Shown here in pieces: positions 24,588 through 32,000 of a DNA stretch of 32,000 nucleotides. The notes under the pieces are model-generated. The model ran no database searches and was not told the origin of the DNA. It saw only the letters and a program-made list of their open reading frames with translations. Within the stretch, counting starts at the first letter, position 1. Every line of letters begins with the position of its first letter. Source of the stretch: Methanopyrus kandleri AV19 (GTDB lineage: Archaea > JAADCQ01 > Methanopyri > Methanopyrales > Methanopyraceae); the NCBI RefSeq assembly GCF_000007185.1, contig NC_003551.1, positions 780,001 through 812,000 of the forward strand. The letters run 5' to 3'. The translations under genes were made by a program, and so were the position numbers.

Positions 24588-25012
24588 CGCCGCTCCCCGG
24601 TTTTCCTCCGCTTAACTACGAGTTTATTACCTTTTACATCCAGTACGACCACCCGCTCCCCTCGCCGTAACCGGGTCTTAGAGACGGCTCTCCACGGTTC
24701 TCCACGTACTTTCACCAATAGCGGGTCTTCCCGGATTACGATGCCTTCCTCCCCTTTAAGCTCCCCGACGCTCTTCAGAAGAACGTCGCTGCTTTCTTCC
24801 GTTCGTCTCAGAACCGCCGCCACCTGCATGAGGAGGACGAACGCGCCGGGCGGAAGTGTGGCAATCAGATATTTCGTTCCCATCAGGTACGCTCCGACCC
24901 ACGCGCATACTACCCCTATCATGGCCACTATACCAGTGTTAAGTACGCAATCTAAAACTATCAGCCCCACGCCCGCAAGGAGGAGACAGAGCTCTTGAGA
25001 CAAGGTGTCCAC
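24584..25012 (-). CDS. NfeD-like membrane protein (short form, C-terminal OB-fold)
   Basis: Hydrophobic helices are followed by ..GEEGIVIREDPLLVKVRGEPWRAVS..GERVVVLDVKGNKLVV... A 4-nt overlap with the downstream stomatin gene gives the classical NfeD-stomatin operon. Confidence 0.75.
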   Translation of the reverse strand: MDTLSQELCLLLAGVGLIVLDCVLNTGIVAMIGVVCAWVGAYLMGTKYLIATLPPGAFVLLMQVAAVLRRTEESSDVLLKSVGELKGEEGIVIREDPLLVKVRGEPWRAVSKTRLRRGERVVVLDVKGNKLVVKRRKTGERR

Positions 25013-25037
25013 CCCCTAGAACTATCCCTCCGGTTAT

Positions 25038-26366
25038 GTGATATTCGAGCGGGGGAGCCACGTGGACGTAGTGATCGGTGCGGGACCTGCCGGCCGCACT
25101 TACGCAATGATCCTCGCCGAAGCTGGACACGAAGTGCTGCTACTTGATAGAAATGGAAAGGAAGGAACCGGTGGCAAATGCCTGAACGAGGCGTGTGTCG
25201 TGCTCGGTGCGCTGATCGAGGCCGCTAGACTCGTCGTGTGGGCGAAGCTCGGTATTCCGGGAGTGGAGCTGGACGTCGGGGACATCAACTTCAGACGTCT
25301 AACGCGGTCCGTAAGGAAAGTCGTAGAGACCATACGACAACGATTGATCAAAGAGACCGAGAGAGCCGGTGTTGAGATTCTGCGGGCTGAGGCGGTGAAG
25401 GTAGACGAGTCGCTCAACGTCTACACCAAAGATGGTGATGTTCTCGAGGCCGATAGAGTGCTGATAGCCACCGGTTCCCGACCGGCGATTCCCGAGGTGG
25501 AGGGGGTGGATTCGGACGCCGTGTTTACTTTTCGGGAAATTTTGGAAATGGAAGTGCCCTCAGAGCTCTGCGTCGTCGGTGGAGGTCCGACGGCCCTTGA
25601 GTCCGCTTTTGCTTTCGCGGCTCTCGGGTCCGAAGTAGTTCTGGCGTACAGGTCTAGAATACTACCGAATGCTCCGGAGGAAGTCCGTCGCGAGATCCTT
25701 AAGGATTTGGAGCTCGTGGGTGTCAACGCCGTCCGTGCGGGAGAACTACGGGCGATTCGGGAGACTTCCAGCGGTGTGGAATGTAGGTTTGAGCGCGGAG
25801 CTACCGTGGCGGACGCAGTTTTACTAGCCACTGGCCTCGAACCTAACTCCGATATTGCCGCTAACTCCGGACTCCCCTTACGGAAGGACGGGTCCGTCGT
25901 GGTGGATGATGGGATGAGAACACCGCGTGATGGAGTTTACGCTGCAGGCGACGTGACAGGACCTCCCTATCTGACTCCCGTCGCTCGGTACGAGGGAACG
26001 GTGGCCGCACTGAACGCGTTGGGCAAGAACGTCCGACGGGGGAATCCGCCGGCTCCTCGCGTGATCAGACTCTTCCGAGACTTCGGCCGACTGGAACTGA
26101 GGGGGATCGACTGGGAAGGCTCACTCCCTACACCGGTAGGTGGACCCGCGTTCTGGATGCTTCATCATGGTATCAAGGGTAAGATGGTGTGCAGGAAGCG
26201 CGGAGTTACTACCGAGGCGTTCATCGTGGCGCCCAGAATCGCACCGATGCTCCCGTACCCACGCTGTGTGGAACCTGACTGGCGGCTGATCGAGGTGCAT
26301 CCTACCCCGGACCCTGTGATCGGCCTGCTCAAGCAGCTGGGGCTCCGCAGGACGCTTGGTGAGTGA
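25038..26366 (+). CDS. Class I pyridine nucleotide-disulfide oxidoreductase (dihydrolipoamide dehydrogenase / glutathione reductase family)
   Basis: Contains VDVVIGAGPAGRTYA (FAD site), the redox-active GGKCLNEACV (CxxxxC), VVGGGPTALESAFAFAALG (NAD(P) site), AAGDVTG, and a C-terminal ..EVHPTPDP... The physiological substrate is unknown. Confidence 0.85.
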   Translation: MIFERGSHVDVVIGAGPAGRTYAMILAEAGHEVLLLDRNGKEGTGGKCLNEACVVLGALIEAARLVVWAKLGIPGVELDVGDINFRRLTRSVRKVVETIRQRLIKETERAGVEILRAEAVKVDESLNVYTKDGDVLEADRVLIATGSRPAIPEVEGVDSDAVFTFREILEMEVPSELCVVGGGPTALESAFAFAALGSEVVLAYRSRILPNAPEEVRREILKDLELVGVNAVRAGELRAIRETSSGVECRFERGATVADAVLLATGLEPNSDIAANSGLPLRKDGSVVVDDGMRTPRDGVYAAGDVTGPPYLTPVARYEGTVAALNALGKNVRRGNPPAPRVIRLFRDFGRLELRGIDWEGSLPTPVGGPAFWMLHHGIKGKMVCRKRGVTTEAFIVAPRIAPMLPYPRCVEPDWRLIEVHPTPDPVIGLLKQLGLRRTLGE

Positions 26367-26367
26367 A

Positions 26368-28374
26368 TCATCTGATCCGCTCTCCGGGCTCCACTTCCCT
26401 CTTACTCTCGTCGATAGTCAACAATGCGGGTTCGTCCCCAACGGCCAGGATCATCGCTTCCGACCGTACGCCGAACATCTCTTTGGGTTGGATGTTGGCT
26501 AGTACAACCACCTTACGTCCGACGAGCTCCTCTGGCTCATACGTAGGATACAGTCCGGCTACTGCTGTTACGGTACGATCTCCGATATCGATCCGGAGCT
26601 TGATGAGTCGATCAGAGCCCTCGACACGTTCCGCTTCTTTGATCTTGCCTACCCGCAGGTCTAATCGATTGAATTCCTCGAGCGATACGTACTCGTCGTC
26701 CTGCCCTTCGGACTCTCCTGATTCTTCCGGCAGTAACGCCTTAGCTTTCTCAAGGTCCTCCTCCGTTACCTTCGGGAAAATGGGCTCGGGCTCCGGTATC
26801 TCCTTAGTCTCTACGTCCTCCAAGGCTTCTTCCCAATCGACGTCATGTACGGAGTCTTCGTAACCAAGACTCTGCCAAATCTTCTCCGCACTATCCGGAA
26901 GGAACGGGGCTAACATTACAGCTAGCGCTTTCACAATTCTAGCGCACCCACGTAGAACTTCGGCACAACGCTCTGGATCTTCATCCTTAAGTTTCCACGG
27001 CTCGTGTTCTTGGAAGTACTCATTCCCAAACTTAGATAGACGTAATACCTCTGTGAGCGCCTCCCTGAATCGGAACTTCTCCAGATGTTCCGTCACACGC
27101 TGGTGAGTTTCTTTTATCTTATCGACTATCTCCTGGTCAGTCTCGGCTTCGGGAACGTTTCCGTCTAAGAATCTATAAATAAACGATAGCGTGCGATACA
27201 CAAAGTTACCTAAGTTAGCCACTAATTCGTTGTTCACACGGTCCCGGAAGTCTCCCCACGAGAAATCCGCATCCCTGGTGAGCGGGCTCACCACTATGAG
27301 GTAGTATCGTAGCAGATCCGCAGGGAACAGCTTGGTGAAGTCTTTGACCCACACTACCCAACCACGACTTGTACTCATCTTTTCTCCTTCTAAGGTCAAA
27401 TACTCGCCAGCCACGATAGTGTATGGGAGAGTCGCTCCGACGCCCATGAGCATGGCCGGCCAGAACAGGGCGTGATGGACTATTATGTCCTTACCGATGA
27501 AGTGAACTATTTTCGTATCTTCACTAAACCAGTAGTCTTTCCAGTCTTGACCTACCCTATCACAGTATTGTTTCGTGAACGTTACGTATCCTATAGGAGC
27601 ATCGAACCAAACATAAAACACCTTATCTTCGTATCCTTCCAGGGGAACGGGTACTCCCCAGTCTAGATCACGCACTATATCCCAATCCTTGAGTCCTTCA
27701 CGAACCCATTGGATGGCATAATTACGCACGTTCTTAGGCAGATTGTCGTTGGACTCTAACCACTTCTTCAGATCTTCTTCGAATTCGCTAAGCTTGAAGA
27801 ACAGGTGCATAGTGCGCCGGACCTCTGGCTTCGATCCACAGATGACACACCTCGGCTCTTCGAGTTGTACGGGCTCCAGGTAGCGACCGCAGGCCTCGCA
27901 ATGGTCGCCTCGGGCACCTTCAGCACCGCAGTAGGGGCATACTCCTTCGACGTACCTGTCCGGAAGGGGCCTTTCGCACTCAGGACAGTAGAGTTGTTCG
28001 ACCTCCCTCTCCTCTATGTACCCCGCTTCGTACAACCTCTTGAAAAACCATTGTGTCATATCCACGTGGTCAGGATTGAACTCGCGGCAGGTGCATGAGA
28101 ACTCGTCGAAGTGGATGTTCAATCGCTCTAAGTCCTCTTTGATCATCTCGTGGTATTTTTCCACGATCTCCTCGGGATCCTTCCCCTCGAGCTCGGCCTG
28201 TAGCGCTATCGGGACCCCGTGGTTGTCAGTCCCGCCGATATGTATAGCGTCGATACCACGCATCTTGAGGAACCTCGTGTACACATCGGCGGGGAGGTAC
28301 GTGCTCCTAACGTGGCCGATGTGGAGTGGGCCGTTGGTGTACGCCAAGGCCGTAGTTACGAGTACCTTCCCCAA
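26368..28374 (-). CDS. metG: Methionyl-tRNA synthetase with C-terminal tRNA-binding (Trbp111/EMAPII-like) domain
   Basis: Contains the HIGH motif (YTNGPLHIGH), the zinc knuckles CPECERP..CPYCG..CEACG..CVICG, KMSTSRG (KMSKS), and the C-terminal ..LDLRVGKIKEAERVEGSDRLIKLRIDIG... Confidence 0.95.
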   Translation of the reverse strand: MGKVLVTTALAYTNGPLHIGHVRSTYLPADVYTRFLKMRGIDAIHIGGTDNHGVPIALQAELEGKDPEEIVEKYHEMIKEDLERLNIHFDEFSCTCREFNPDHVDMTQWFFKRLYEAGYIEEREVEQLYCPECERPLPDRYVEGVCPYCGAEGARGDHCEACGRYLEPVQLEEPRCVICGSKPEVRRTMHLFFKLSEFEEDLKKWLESNDNLPKNVRNYAIQWVREGLKDWDIVRDLDWGVPVPLEGYEDKVFYVWFDAPIGYVTFTKQYCDRVGQDWKDYWFSEDTKIVHFIGKDIIVHHALFWPAMLMGVGATLPYTIVAGEYLTLEGEKMSTSRGWVVWVKDFTKLFPADLLRYYLIVVSPLTRDADFSWGDFRDRVNNELVANLGNFVYRTLSFIYRFLDGNVPEAETDQEIVDKIKETHQRVTEHLEKFRFREALTEVLRLSKFGNEYFQEHEPWKLKDEDPERCAEVLRGCARIVKALAVMLAPFLPDSAEKIWQSLGYEDSVHDVDWEEALEDVETKEIPEPEPIFPKVTEEDLEKAKALLPEESGESEGQDDEYVSLEEFNRLDLRVGKIKEAERVEGSDRLIKLRIDIGDRTVTAVAGLYPTYEPEELVGRKVVVLANIQPKEMFGVRSEAMILAVGDEPALLTIDESKREVEPGERIR

Positions 28375-28380
28375 TACCGG

Positions 28381-29748
28381 CTACCCCCAAATGCACCTGG
28401 CTACGTCCGTGAACGTCACTATCCGGGACACGACCACCCCGTGGCGCCTCAGCTGCTTCACCATAGAAGGTACGAGATTCACCTCACGATCGACCTCGGC
28501 TCCCAGTTCGACCCGGTAGACGCTCCCCATCTTTTTGACGCCGAGAACTCCCACCACACCGTCAGTCGACTTCAGGGCTTCGGTTAAGTCGCGGGGGGAA
28601 CCGTACAGGACTCGCAGCTCCAGGATGTACCCGCGAATTTTGCGGACCCTCGCTTTGGGAACCTGGAGTTTGACACCGCGCTTCGTTTTCACACAGGCCG
28701 TTACGCGGCCGTCGGTGACGCGGATAGAAACCGCTTCCACTCCTGGAATTCGCGACAGTTCGGCGCGTACCTCCGCGGGGTCCCCGTTCGACACGTCGAC
28801 CCGGTAGTAATCGTGCTCCGATGCCAGCCCTAGTGTGGAGCGCAGCGGTTCCGCTACGGGGAGGTGGGGCACGAGCATGCCGAGTAGGCACAACGATACC
28901 GCCAGTGTGCTCCTTCGGGTGATCCTGTCGACCGTGGACGGGAGCAGAGAGGATAGGAAAGCCGTCCAGAGGTACGTCAACGTATGATACGCCGGTAAGT
29001 AGAACAGGACTTGGCGGAACGCGTCCAGACCTCCTAACACCCCGAGCGAGGCTATCGGTGGGGCGACGGTTCTAATCCTCGAAGCTAGGAGTATCGACAG
29101 GCCCACGACGGACGGGTTCGCCAGCGGTCCGCCGTCCAAGCACCCTAGGCAGAGCAGGGACCCGGCGATCGACAAGACGATGGCCTTCTCGGTCCGGTCG
29201 GCTCGTAAAGGTACTATCCACGCCAGTACGACGTAAGCTATCGCCAGCAGGGCGAGTACTGGGAGTGGTACCCACGGTGGTAGCACGAACGACAGGGGTA
29301 CGCCGCAGTGGAATTCGATCTTAGGCTCACCGAATATTGCCGAAATCAGCGCTCCGAGACACGCTTTCACGGCGTGACAGTGGTAAAAGGAGGACGTCTC
29401 TGGACGCTCCGTCAGCGTGACTATACAGGTACCTAAGCCCGGGTTGAACCCGGCTTCATATATCATCAGTAGCTGGAGCGCCGGAGGCACCGCTAGGATG
29501 GCTGCCATCAGCGCGTACGTCACCCACGTATCGATTTTCGGGAGGGGAATGCGTGAACGGTACGGGAGCACGAGGAAAAGCAGGCCGAGGTGTAGGAGGA
29601 GCATAACGTCCTTGGCTTCGGTTGACCCCAATATCATCGGGTAGAGCGCATCGTGTATCCTCCACTTGATCTCGGAGTCGGAGATCAGAACTACGGCGGC
29701 CAGTGTGAAACACACGGCTGATAATAGAATCGGCCCACGGACTCTCAC
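28381..29748 (-). CDS. Uncharacterised membrane protein, fused form (polytopic domain + anchor helix + C-terminal alpha/beta domain); paralogue of 30419-31270 plus 29802-30473
   Basis: It shares with the upstream pair YPMILGSTEAKDVMLLLHLGL / YPLLTGSTEAKPAILLAHLGL, ETSSFYHCHAVKACLG / ETSSLTHTHSLKACVG, and LGCLDGGPLANPSVVGLSILL / LGAVDGGFMCKPMVIGLGMLI. The C-terminal KKMGSVYRVELGAEVD matches ERRGSVYVFEVASLEE in the upstream pair. It ends 6 nt before metG. Confidence 0.7.
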   Translation of the reverse strand: MRVRGPILLSAVCFTLAAVVLISDSEIKWRIHDALYPMILGSTEAKDVMLLLHLGLLFLVLPYRSRIPLPKIDTWVTYALMAAILAVPPALQLLMIYEAGFNPGLGTCIVTLTERPETSSFYHCHAVKACLGALISAIFGEPKIEFHCGVPLSFVLPPWVPLPVLALLAIAYVVLAWIVPLRADRTEKAIVLSIAGSLLCLGCLDGGPLANPSVVGLSILLASRIRTVAPPIASLGVLGGLDAFRQVLFYLPAYHTLTYLWTAFLSSLLPSTVDRITRRSTLAVSLCLLGMLVPHLPVAEPLRSTLGLASEHDYYRVDVSNGDPAEVRAELSRIPGVEAVSIRVTDGRVTACVKTKRGVKLQVPKARVRKIRGYILELRVLYGSPRDLTEALKSTDGVVGVLGVKKMGSVYRVELGAEVDREVNLVPSMVKQLRRHGVVVSRIVTFTDVARCIWG

Positions 29749-29801
29749 CGTCGGTTTGCCCGTCGTCCCGTCTTTCCCTATCGCCTATTAACGTTCCCTG
29801 G

Positions 29802-30473
29802 TCATAGAACGTATCCCCACTTCACCGGCGTCACGTTGGCGACCCCCACAGGCTTCAGACCTGCTAGCTTCAGTGCGCCGGTAACCGAGTAAGCCACCGG
29901 GTACTCCTCCTCTAACGAGGCGACCTCGAATACGTACACCGACCCGCGGCGCTCCACTTTGAATATGGCGAGAATCGTCGGGGCACTCGCCACCTTGCGT
30001 GCAGCTACACTTGCCGGGATCTTCGGATCCTCTACGGCGACTTCAACCACATAAGCGTTCACGGAGTTCAAGAACACTGCCGGAGCTTTTCCGAGTCCCG
30101 CTTTCCTTAACGCCTGACTCAGTTCCTGCGCTATATCGTACTTCGACACCGGAGTGGGCGCCTTCACTATGATGTACGCGTCACACGATGAAGGTGCTGT
30201 CCTGATCCCTCCCACCCTGATCACGTAAGGACACTTGAGCAGTGCCCGCTTGACATCCCCTGGCTCCACCGATCCCTTGACGTTCGTGATCGCTACGTGA
30301 TAACACCCGACTCTGGCTCCCTTTGAAGAGATCGACCACTGGTAAGTTATCACTCCCATCAACGCACCGATAAAGATCGCCGAGATGAGCAGGACGGCTA
30401 CGATCTTAGTCCTCAACACTACCACCCCTGTCCCCTGGCGATCGCGGTCATCAGGAGGAGGGCCACCGCCCAT
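29802..30473 (-). CDS. Uncharacterised single-pass membrane protein with repeated alpha/beta modules (split counterpart of the C-terminal part of 28381-29748)
   Basis: An anchor helix (IVAVLLISAIFIGALMGVITY) is followed by about 170 aa of alternating beta/alpha segments. A likelier start is the GTG overlapping the upstream stop (GGGGTGGTAGTG). Homology to the C-terminus of the fused paralogue was seen by eye. Confidence 0.6.
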   Translation of the reverse strand: MGGGPPPDDRDRQGTGVVVLRTKIVAVLLISAIFIGALMGVITYQWSISSKGARVGCYHVAITNVKGSVEPGDVKRALLKCPYVIRVGGIRTAPSSCDAYIIVKAPTPVSKYDIAQELSQALRKAGLGKAPAVFLNSVNAYVVEVAVEDPKIPASVAARKVASAPTILAIFKVERRGSVYVFEVASLEEEYPVAYSVTGALKLAGLKPVGVANVTPVKWGYVL

Positions 30474-31270
30474 ACTACGGAGTTAGGAGCTAACGGGGAC
30501 GTCAGGTACCAGACCACACGGATCGTCGCCTGAAGGAGCATCGGTGTCAGGCCGATGAGAACGGCGATGATCACGTATCGTCGTACGGGAAGCGGTCCTA
30601 ACGCCCACACGATGAGCATCCCTAGTCCGATAACCATCGGTTTACACATGAACCCACCATCTACGGCTCCGAGCACTACGAGAAATCCCGCCCATGATAG
30701 CAGTAGCGATTCGGCTGCACTCCCGCGCTCGTGGAACACGGCTAATGGTGACAGGATGGCTAAGATCACGTAGGATGCGATTACGGCGGCAGTGAAGATC
30801 ACGGCGGCCCACGTGGGCATGAACTTGGACAAAACGGATCCATAATGGTACTTAGTCGGAATCGGACCTATAACGTAGTTCATGACCTTCCCTACGCACG
30901 CCTTGAGGGAGTGGGTGTGAGTCAGCGAGGAGGTCTCACCGACCGACGACCCCCCGGACACGACGACCAAAGTGCCAGCTTTCAGGCCGTACGGGGTGTT
31001 GTATTGCAGTATCATCTGAGCCAGGTAGGGGCTCGTAAGGATCAGGAGCGCGAGGCATAATATCAATCTCCCCGAAGCGAGGACCTCGATCCATCGGCTC
31101 GGTATCGAAGGGGATGACCAGAGCAATAGGCACATCAGCCCGAGGTGGGCTAGTAGTATAGCTGGTTTGGCCTCCGTGGATCCCGTTAAAAGTGGGTAGA
31201 AAAACTTCCTGAAAATCCCGTCGAGAGGCGTATCGGCCAGAATAAGGGTGGCAGAGATCGAGAGTAACAC
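30419..31270 (-). CDS. Uncharacterised polytopic membrane protein (split counterpart of the N-terminal domain of 28381-29748)
   Basis: The 283-aa product has about 8 hydrophobic segments and carries the three conserved blocks listed for the fused paralogue. Confidence 0.7.
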   Translation of the reverse strand: MLLSISATLILADTPLDGIFRKFFYPLLTGSTEAKPAILLAHLGLMCLLLWSSPSIPSRWIEVLASGRLILCLALLILTSPYLAQMILQYNTPYGLKAGTLVVVSGGSSVGETSSLTHTHSLKACVGKVMNYVIGPIPTKYHYGSVLSKFMPTWAAVIFTAAVIASYVILAILSPLAVFHERGSAAESLLLSWAGFLVVLGAVDGGFMCKPMVIGLGMLIVWALGPLPVRRYVIIAVLIGLTPMLLQATIRVVWYLTSPLAPNSVVWAVALLLMTAIARGQGW

Positions 31271-31292
31271 GAGCGATGCAGCGAAGTAGAGA

Positions 31293-32000
31293 TTACCCGA
31301 CTTCGAGGATCTCTTCGACGATCTCCGCGACGGCGCTTCGCCCCCTTCTTATGAGCCACTCTCCACGTGGCTTGCGGGCCATCTGGACGGCGTCCTCCGC
31401 ACCGGAGCTTTCGCTTAAGTACATTACCGGTACGCCGGACTCTTCGGCGATCCAATGGCTCAGGTGTTTGGGATGCACTTCCGACACCTTCACGGCCTTC
31501 TTCGCCACCACACAGGCTTCTATCGTGACCCCGAACCCTCCGGCGAACACTACCGTATCGGCCAGCATCATTACTCCGGGTAAATCCACGAATTCCCGAA
31601 CGCACTCGAAGCCCTCTGGAGGGCTTACCCTGAACGGCACCACCACAGGATCGTGGTCCTCGAGATCGGAGAGCAGTCGTCGGGCTCCTTCCTCCGTGAT
31701 GTCGCCACCCAAACATACCAGTACGCGACCTTCGTACTCTTCCGGTACGGGTCCCGGAATACGACCGGATAGGTGGCGGTCCGCTAGGTACTGGGCCAAC
31801 GGTGCCCCGGAAACCACCTTAGTCTCAACTCCCACCCGTCGTTTGAGTACCTCCGCCCACTTCTCCGAGAACGGCACCAGCACACGCGTCGCCCATCGGA
31901 CGGCTTCCACGGGGTTGTACACGTCCATCTCTAAGTGTACGGAGGGGATCCCTAGCATCCGAGATGCTATCAGAGACTTCCTGGCGTCCCCGGTGTTACC
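31293..32000 (-). CDS. GT-B fold glycosyltransferase-like protein (GT28 C-terminal/MurG-like or DUF354-like), N-terminus beyond window
   Basis: The frame stays open to the window edge (..GNTGDARKSLIASRMLGIPSVHLEMD..). The C-terminal half, ..RVLVCLGGD..(~60 aa)..MLADTVVFAGGFGVTIEACVVAKKAV.., resembles the nucleotide-sugar-binding Rossmann domain of MurG-type enzymes. Confidence 0.6.
   Translation of the reverse strand, partial: GNTGDARKSLIASRMLGIPSVHLEMDVYNPVEAVRWATRVLVPFSEKWAEVLKRRVGVETKVVSGAPLAQYLADRHLSGRIPGPVPEEYEGRVLVCLGGDITEEGARRLLSDLEDHDPVVVPFRVSPPEGFECVREFVDLPGVMMLADTVVFAGGFGVTIEACVVAKKAVKVSEVHPKHLSHWIAEESGVPVMYLSESSGAEDAVQMARKPRGEWLIRRGRSAVAEIVEEILEVG

Noticed and set aside
31186-31716. 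176-aa Arg-rich minus-strand ORF overlapping the glycosyltransferase-like gene in another frame
   Set aside because: It has extreme Arg/Gly bias and no motifs. The overlapping frame gives a coherent GT-B-like protein.
1-32000. Search for CRISPR arrays, tRNA/rRNA genes, transposases, integrases, toxin-antitoxin or restriction-modification hallmarks
   Set aside because: No spaced direct repeats, no cloverleaf-capable gaps (the largest non-coding gap is 147 bp and is occupied by the sRNA candidate), and no ORF with recombinase, nuclease or defence motifs. The window is essentially housekeeping plus lineage-specific envelope genes.

Overview
This window is a gene-dense archaeal chromosome segment with about 36 protein genes and almost no intergenic space. 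Sampled 60-nt lines give roughly 60% GC. The very acidic, Glu-rich proteins and the methanogen-type genes fit a Methanopyrus kandleri-like hyperthermophilic methanogen; this is inference from composition and gene content, and no search was run. Two conserved housekeeping blocks dominate. The first is pheT(3' part)-ftsZ-secE-spt5/nusG-rpl11-rpl1-rplP0. The second is a fragment of the ribosomal superoperon, rpl22-rps3-rpl29-sui1 followed by RNase P Rpp29. Other recognisable genes are a THEP1-type NTPase, a fumarate-reductase flavoprotein, adenine deaminase, ilvC, rpl14e, a large SF2 helicase, TBP, an ASKHA-fold protein, a stomatin/NfeD pair, a class I disulfide oxidoreductase and metG. I found no tRNA, rRNA, CRISPR array, transposase or integrase, and no recognisable defence system. 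Six things are not explained by standard annotation. (1) A textbook-architecture C/D box sRNA candidate lies in the only sizeable intergenic gap (10525-10587, minus strand). (2) A lineage-specific membrane-protein module occurs twice in tandem upstream of metG, once as one fused gene and once split into two overlapping genes. (3) A translationally coupled two-gene cassette encodes a secreted helical protein whose gene contains a ~660-bp stretch of about 41% GC. (4) The NTPase has its Walker A N-terminus upstream of any ATG/GTG/TTG codon. (5) A 33-nt perfect direct repeat links the two halves of the TBP gene. (6) Operon order is unusual: no L12/P1 gene follows P0, and an opposite-strand methyltransferase sits between sui1 and Rpp29. 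Functional proposals for the uncharacterised membrane and secreted proteins are hypotheses only.
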